Virus record (IMG/VR): IMGVR_UViG_3300046007_012347
Strand: one strand, 5' to 3'
DNA from: an uncultured virus (IMG/VR IMGVR_UViG_3300046007_012347)
Lineage: Duplodnaviria; Heunggongvirae; Uroviricota; Caudoviricetes
Length of the DNA stretch: 20,000 nt
In this document: in pieces, positions 15,716-20,000 of the stretch
How the letters are laid out: each line of letters starts with the position of its first letter
Numbering within the stretch: the stretch's first letter is position 1
Notes under the pieces: generated by a model
Database searches by the model: none
Told to the model about the DNA's origin: nothing
The model's input: the letters and a program-made list of their open reading frames with translations, nothing else
Made by a program: the position numbers and the translations under genes

Positions 15716-15942
15716 ACAATTCACAGTTAGCCCTTTCTATTAATCAACGCAATGTCTATTTGCATTATTTAGCTCACAAGAAGAAGCACGGAGATGAACC
15801 ATGCAAGGCCCCGAAATGTCCATTACAAGGGAACAGACTTGCAGATCATTTGAAGGCAATGGAAAAGCTCGAAGAGCGAGGATTCATTCGCCTTATTCGT
15901 CACTCTGACGATTATCTTTCCTGGACTATTGTTTCGCCTTAA
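15712..15942 (+). CDS. winged-helix protein resembling the LexA N-terminal DNA-binding domain
   Basis: LSINQRNVY..Y..H...HG.EP ... ADHLKAMEKLEERGFI resembles LexA LT.RQ.EV...I..H....G.PP ... EEHLKAL.RKG.I. Confidence 0.45.
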   Translation: MNNSQLALSINQRNVYLHYLAHKKKHGDEPCKAPKCPLQGNRLADHLKAMEKLEERGFIRLIRHSDDYLSWTIVSP

Positions 15943-15946
15943 AACC

Positions 15947-16171
15947 ATGCCTTTCCCCATTTCTTTTGTTTCAGAAGATGAATATGGTGTGCCCTGTGCA
16001 GCACGCACTTTCTCTTCCATTGAAGAGCTCTGTGACGAAATCAGAGCCTTAGAAGAACTGCTTGATGAAAGCTCTGTTAGCAGGGGCTACATCATTCAAG
16101 CTGCCCTAGATCAGCTCAAGCAGCTTGCTCACGAAATCGAAGACGAACCACTCTCCACTTACGACCAATGA
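15947..16171 (+). CDS. acidic hypothetical protein
   Basis: 74 aa from ATG 15947 (aaaaccATG). Confidence 0.65.
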   Translation: MPFPISFVSEDEYGVPCAARTFSSIEELCDEIRALEELLDESSVSRGYIIQAALDQLKQLAHEIEDEPLSTYDQ

Positions 16172-16470
16172 TCACCACCATCAAAACGCACCAAGACAAT
16201 GGCCCTTACTTTGATGCAACCAAGGGCAGTTACCAAGCAGCCAGGCTCCAGCAGCTCATCTTTCACATTCGGCTTGCAATGGAGGACAGAGAGCATGTCA
16301 TTGGCGTGTACGGGCCTGATGGGGCCTGCAAGGGCATTTGGCAGCTCGACATCGAAGGGCATGTGGACAGCGCAGGCGACAGCATCGTGGACCATGAAGG
16401 CTACGAGCTGCTACGCCCTGACACTAGGGAGCAATGGATGTGGGGCAGGCTTCAGGATCAACTAGTTTGA
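16168..16470 (+). CDS. hypothetical protein
   Basis: 100 aa, ATGA-coupled. Confidence 0.7.
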   Translation: MITTIKTHQDNGPYFDATKGSYQAARLQQLIFHIRLAMEDREHVIGVYGPDGACKGIWQLDIEGHVDSAGDSIVDHEGYELLRPDTREQWMWGRLQDQLV

Positions 16471-16519
16471 GCTTCAAGCAAGGGGCGCCCAAAGCGCCCC
16501 GTTCTCCCCTCCTTAAACC

Positions 16520-16678
16520 ATGATCCTCATTGATTTCTTTGATGCCGAATGCTGCAAAGGCACTGAACTAGTAGAAGGCTGGTATTGGTATGACGATGAT
16601 GATGAAAATGGCGTGGGAGGGCCTTATGAAAGCGAAGAAGCTGCCGCCAAGGCAGCTTTTGATGGACATTACTGGTAA
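16520..16678 (+). CDS. small acidic protein, 52 aa (GWYW...GPYESEEAA; not in ORF track)
   Basis: Manual translation MILIDFFDAECCKGTELVEGWYWYDDDDENGVGGPYESEEAAAKAAFDGHYW*. Confidence 0.7.
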   Translation: MILIDFFDAECCKGTELVEGWYWYDDDDENGVGGPYESEEAAAKAAFDGHYW

Positions 16679-16762
16679 AGAAAATAATTGCTAGCATGGC
16701 GAAACATCGCGAGACTGGCATCTCGTGACGTTTCTAACCACCACCAAAGGAGCAGTTTGGCC

Positions 16763-17389
16763 ATGGCTGAATACAAGCATAGCAACGTGCCTACAGGGTT
16801 TAAGGAGATCCCTGGGTACGACGAACGCTATTTCATCAATGAAAATGGAGAAGTTTGGAGCGTAGCAGCACGGCGATTAATGAGCCAGCAATGGGATGAA
16901 AAGCATCCCTATCCTTGGCTTTTATTGCGTTGCAGTGACGGCAAGCTTCGTACCGTAGCGGTACATCGCATGATGGGTCGCACATGGCTTGAATTGCCAC
17001 CTGGACCTATTGGTAGTAAAAAGGGGGAATATTGCATCAATCACAAGGATGGAAATAAGCAAAACAATAATGCTACGAATCTAGAGTGGATAACTTGTGA
17101 AGAAAACGTGCGTCACGCTTGGATTACTGGACTGAATCAGTCGATAGGGGAAAAGTCTTGTAATACAAAACTAAAGTCTGCTGAAGTTCGCCGAATACGC
17201 AAAGATTTTATTTCCGGGAAATCACTTTCGAGTCTTGCCAATGAATACAAAATGAGCGTACAGGGCATTCACGATATTTGCCGTTTTCGGCGCTGGAAAT
17301 CCCAAGATTTTGACTTGTTGGTCCCAATGAAAGAAAGGTCATCTTCGGTATTTATTGAGAAGTTTATTGACGGCAAAAGCAAAGATTAA
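16763..17389 (+). CDS. free-standing HNH homing endonuclease (NUMOD4 + HNH + C-terminal HTH)
   Basis: FKEIPGY..RY.INENG.VWS (NUMOD4), VHR, INHKDGNKQNN...NLEW.T..EN..HA (HNH), KL....V..IR...LANEY.MS (HTH). Confidence 0.9.
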   Translation: MAEYKHSNVPTGFKEIPGYDERYFINENGEVWSVAARRLMSQQWDEKHPYPWLLLRCSDGKLRTVAVHRMMGRTWLELPPGPIGSKKGEYCINHKDGNKQNNNATNLEWITCEENVRHAWITGLNQSIGEKSCNTKLKSAEVRRIRKDFISGKSLSSLANEYKMSVQGIHDICRFRRWKSQDFDLLVPMKERSSSVFIEKFIDGKSKD

Positions 17390-17505
17390 CTACTGGCTGG
17401 CTTTGTATCATATAAATTTTCTACCGGCTGACTTTGTATCAGTAAAAAATTTTGTACCGGCTAGCTCCGTATAGCAAAAAATTACTACCGGCTAGCTCCG
17501 TATAG
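17390..17505. repeat. four 21-bp imperfect direct repeats separated by A/T tracts
   Basis: ctactggctggctttgtatca (17390), ctaccggctgactttgtatca (17421), gtaccggctagctccgtatag (17454), ctaccggctagctccgtatag (17485); periods 31, 33, 31. Confidence 0.9.
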
Positions 17506-17599
17506 TAATATTGTTGCATTGTGAAAATATGTTATCGACATACAATGATATAACGATACAACGATATGGTAATATGACGCTAGCGTCATAGCCGCATGG

Positions 17600-17669
17600 T
17601 AGTACAGGCGTACTATAGTACACACGTACTAGTGCCAATCCTGAACTGTCACATAGTACAAACGTACTA
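17600..17669. promoter_or_regulatory. three TAGTAC-N4-GTACTA palindromes matching the cyanobacterial LexA (SOS) box
   Basis: 17600-17615, 17616-17631, 17654-17669; each fits RGTAC-NNN-DGTWCB on the minus strand. Confidence 0.65.
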
Positions 17670-17782
17670 TATAAGCTGAGCCTATATGACAGATAAGCTG
17701 AGCTTATGTTTCGAAATGTCACAAAAGCTTGCCTATGGGATCGTGATATAACGATAGCGTTATGCGTTCTACGGTTTGCCGT

Positions 17783-17826
17783 TATCACACTTCCGTTGTT
17801 TGTAGTATCACACTTCCGTTGTTTGT
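17783..17826. repeat. tandem 21-bp direct repeat tatcacacttccgttgtttgt x2
   Basis: Exact copies at 17783-17803 and 17806-17826. Confidence 0.9.
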
Positions 17827-18149
17827 GAAATGCCGTTTGCGTTGTTTGCATTATCACGATGGCGTTATGGGCTGGAATGTTGCGAAATATTGCAGCGCTT
17901 GATTTTTGGTCGGTCGCCGTGATACGCGCGGGCGCGCGTTTCCTTTTATTAGTGGCCGACATAATGCCCAATCGGGAGCCCGTACCGTATGGGGCGGCCT
18001 GGTGTCAAGGCAACGGCCGCCGATAGTGTGCGCTTTGCTAGGTGACCCTATTTGCGCGGCGTTGACAGGATTTCGCTCAGCCATGCCGTATTGTTGTTCC
18101 AACGGCAAAGGGGAGCGATCCCCGGGCCGCCCTTCTCCAAACTCTTAAA

Positions 18150-18314
18150 ATGCACGCACTTTCTCTCACCGCCAAACTCTCCACGCTGTTTGCCGGTTCC
18201 CTGTTCGCGCTGTTTGTCGTAAGCCTCGCTTCAGAGGATCAACGCCAGTTCGTCTCCTGCCGCGCTTCTGGCGCAAGTGCCGATGCTTGTCTGCTACAGA
18301 TCAGCGGCCGCTGA
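18150..18314 (+). CDS. small membrane/secreted protein, 54 aa (not in ORF track)
   Basis: MHALSLTAKLSTLFAGSLFALFVVSLASEDQRQFVSCRASGASADACLLQISGR*. Confidence 0.65.
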   Translation: MHALSLTAKLSTLFAGSLFALFVVSLASEDQRQFVSCRASGASADACLLQISGR

Positions 18315-18355
18315 TTCTCTCAAACATTCCGCAAACATTCTCTCAAACTAAAATT

Positions 18356-19267
18356 ATGCCCGCCACAATCAACAGCCGAGCCAAACTGCCCACTAATCTC
18401 GCATCGATGGGAAAACAGTATAAAATCTCCTACCGTGATCTGCTGTCGACTAATCCTAAGACGGAGAAAAGTAAAGTTCAAACATACATCCTACATCTCG
18501 CCCCCGATAATACTTCCGGCGTTAATGTTTGTCCGGGCGCTGGCAATTGTCGTAAAATCTGCCTACATTTCGCGGGTAATCCTGTCTATATGACAAACAA
18601 ACAAGCGGCCAGAATTCGCCGAACACTAGCCTATACAGCCGATCCTCAGCGATTCTCACGGCTGATTGTTTGCGCGATTCTCGGCAAGCTTGCCAAGCAT
18701 CCCGGCGAACCTATTGCCATCAGACTAAACGGAACGTCCGATATAGCTTGGGAGAATGTAGACTTCACCATTGCGCCAGAGTTTGCAACATTCTGCCGCG
18801 TTAAGTTCGGTCAGGATCTGCCTATCGGCAAGCGTAATATATTTGAAGTGTTCAACTATATTGCAAACAATGGGGGGCCAAGGGTGCAATTTTACGACTA
18901 CACAAAAATTAAGCGTAATTGGGCAGAATGCACACGCCTTGGCTATCACTTGACTTTTAGTTTCGATGGTTGGGCCAATGCCGCCAATCTTAAAATCTGC
19001 TGCGATGCTTTGCAAGCTGGCGTTAACGTTGCTGCAGCATTCTCTCTTAAGCGCGGCCAATCTCTGCCGGATTGCATCGACGGAACCCGCTTCAATCTCC
19101 CGCAAAAGTGTCTCTTTACCGGTGGAGTTCTGGCAGTTCTTGACGGTGATCTTACGGATTATCGCCCTTCCGATGCAAGCGGCGGCCACATCGTAGGCTT
19201 ACGCTTCAAACTACCGCACGGCATCAAATACTCCGAATCTGATAAGCAAGCATTCTGTATAGCCTGA
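18356..19267 (+). CDS. Gp88-like phage protein with Cys cluster (possible Fe-S, radical-SAM-like)
   Basis: LHLAP...NVCP.A..C...CL..AG, IRLNGTSDI.WE, FYDYTK, YHLTFS, G.NVA..F, DGD.TD.R..D..G.IVGL.FK motifs; start placed at ATG 18356. Confidence 0.7.
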   Translation: MPATINSRAKLPTNLASMGKQYKISYRDLLSTNPKTEKSKVQTYILHLAPDNTSGVNVCPGAGNCRKICLHFAGNPVYMTNKQAARIRRTLAYTADPQRFSRLIVCAILGKLAKHPGEPIAIRLNGTSDIAWENVDFTIAPEFATFCRVKFGQDLPIGKRNIFEVFNYIANNGGPRVQFYDYTKIKRNWAECTRLGYHLTFSFDGWANAANLKICCDALQAGVNVAAAFSLKRGQSLPDCIDGTRFNLPQKCLFTGGVLAVLDGDLTDYRPSDASGGHIVGLRFKLPHGIKYSESDKQAFCIA

Positions 19268-19319
19268 TAATAAAGGCCGCATAAGCGGCCTTTCTAGCCA
19301 TCCTTTCGCAATCTCCAAA

Positions 19320-19511
19320 ATGTTCTACATCACAGAATCAGACTACGGCCAGACTTTCTACGCTGAAACATTCCCCACTTTTGATGATGCCTGCGATGCC
19401 CTTAATGCTATGGAATACGCGCAAGACTGCGCATATAGCTACGCTCGCGAACTTGCCATCTCAGAACTAAAAAGTCAAATACAAGACTTTCTAGAAGAAA
19501 GCACAGACTGA
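19320..19511 (+). CDS. acidic hypothetical protein
   Basis: 63 aa ORF bracketed by the repeated elements. Confidence 0.7.
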   Translation: MFYITESDYGQTFYAETFPTFDDACDALNAMEYAQDCAYSYARELAISELKSQIQDFLEESTD

Positions 19512-19572
19512 TCAGCACAGCCCATAAGGCCGCATCTCGCGGCCTTTCTAACCATCCTCTCGCAATCTCACA

Positions 19573-19734
19573 ATGAACACTGCGCGCGCCACAAAAGCAC
19601 AACTAATCGAGATTCTCGAAACCATCACCACTGAAAAGCAAACTGCACTCAGTCTTGCTAGCCAAAAACAACAGCAAACAACAGTAGCGCTAGCGCTAGC
19701 GGCCATAGCTTCCCTGTTTGCTCTCCTGTTCTGA
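19573..19734 (+). CDS. small protein with C-terminal membrane anchor, 53 aa (not in ORF track)
   Basis: MNTARATKAQLIEILETITTEKQTALSLASQKQQQTTVALALAAIASLFALLF*; bracketed by the repeated elements. Confidence 0.7.
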   Translation: MNTARATKAQLIEILETITTEKQTALSLASQKQQQTTVALALAAIASLFALLF

Positions 19735-19880
19735 GAAGCTTCCAAAAGGCCGCATAAGCGGCCTTTCTCATCGCCCGGTAGGCTCGCCCCTACCGGGCTT
19801 TATCGTGTCAGGATGGCAACCCTAGGTGGGCCTGGTGAGCAGTCCCCTACTGGCGATCCTGTGGGATGAGAGACTATTTG

Positions 19881-19992
19881 CTTATGGTACGGCATCGTAT
19901 CACCTAGGCAAAACCTGCCCTTATGATACGAAATCGTATCAGCAAGCATTTACACTGTTTGTAACGTAGTGTGAAACGGTATCAACGGATAC
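19881..19992. promoter_or_regulatory. paired TGATACG-N4-CGTATCA-type palindromes and an NtcA-box-like site
   Basis: cttatggtacggcatcgtatca (19881-19902), cttatgatacgaaatcgtatca (19920-19941), GTA-tcaacgga-TAC (19979-19992). Confidence 0.5.
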
Positions 19993-20000
19993 AGCGCAGT

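Larger units (their letters stand above)
19272..19766 (+). repeat. repeated intergenic hairpin-leader element (3 copies)
   Basis: aaggccgcat(aa/ctc)gcggcctttct at 19272, 19526, 19745; the first two continue with ccatcct.tcgcaatctc up to the next ATG. Confidence 0.9.

Noticed and set aside
16688..17389. Group I intron hosting the HNH gene
   Set aside because: No interrupted host gene or intron core elements are evident; the upstream ORF is complete, so the HNH is free-standing
17390..17505. CRISPR or TIGR-like guide array next to an HNH nuclease
   Set aside because: Spacers are only 10-12 nt low-complexity A/T tracts, repeats are degenerate, and the nuclease is an ordinary NUMOD4-HNH with no recognisable RNA-binding domain
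17492..18148. ORFs 17492-17971 (-), 17854-18108 (-) and 17906-18148 (+)
   Set aside because: They run through repeat and palindrome clusters and have unprotein-like composition; treated as non-coding

Overview
Probable dsDNA tailed-phage DNA, most likely a cyanophage. This is inferred from a cyanobacterial-type dCTP-deaminase homologue, cyanobacterial LexA/NtcA-like boxes and Shine-Dalgarno-poor pyrimidine-rich leaders. No structural genes, tRNAs or CRISPR array are visible. Layout: (i) 61-5157, minus strand: recombination/nucleotide operon (RHH protein, Sak3/DUF1071 annealing protein, PD-(D/E)xK exonuclease, SSB-like protein, dcd-like gene, DUF559/Vsr-like nuclease). (ii) A divergent primase-helicase (5366-7414) followed by a repeat-containing origin-like spacer. 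(iii) About 9 kb of mostly plus-strand small accessory genes (HTH/TerS-like, tandem HPITPPPEL paralogues, RlpA, WYL_2/DUF2693-like, orphan HicA-like, LexA-like wHTH, NUMOD4-HNH). (iv) A ~750 bp non-coding block (17390-18140) packed with several repeat/operator families. (v) Early-type genes (Gp88-like) separated by a repeated hairpin-leader element. Most notable: a ~200 nt multi-branched candidate ncRNA with its own promoter and terminator (12824-13028, minus); three cyanobacterial SOS-box palindromes plus a LexA-DBD-like small protein; a dcd homologue whose catalytic Glu appears replaced by Cys; and paralogues built from near-identical DNA blocks alternating with unrelated segments. All protein-family calls are motif recognition by eye, not database searches.
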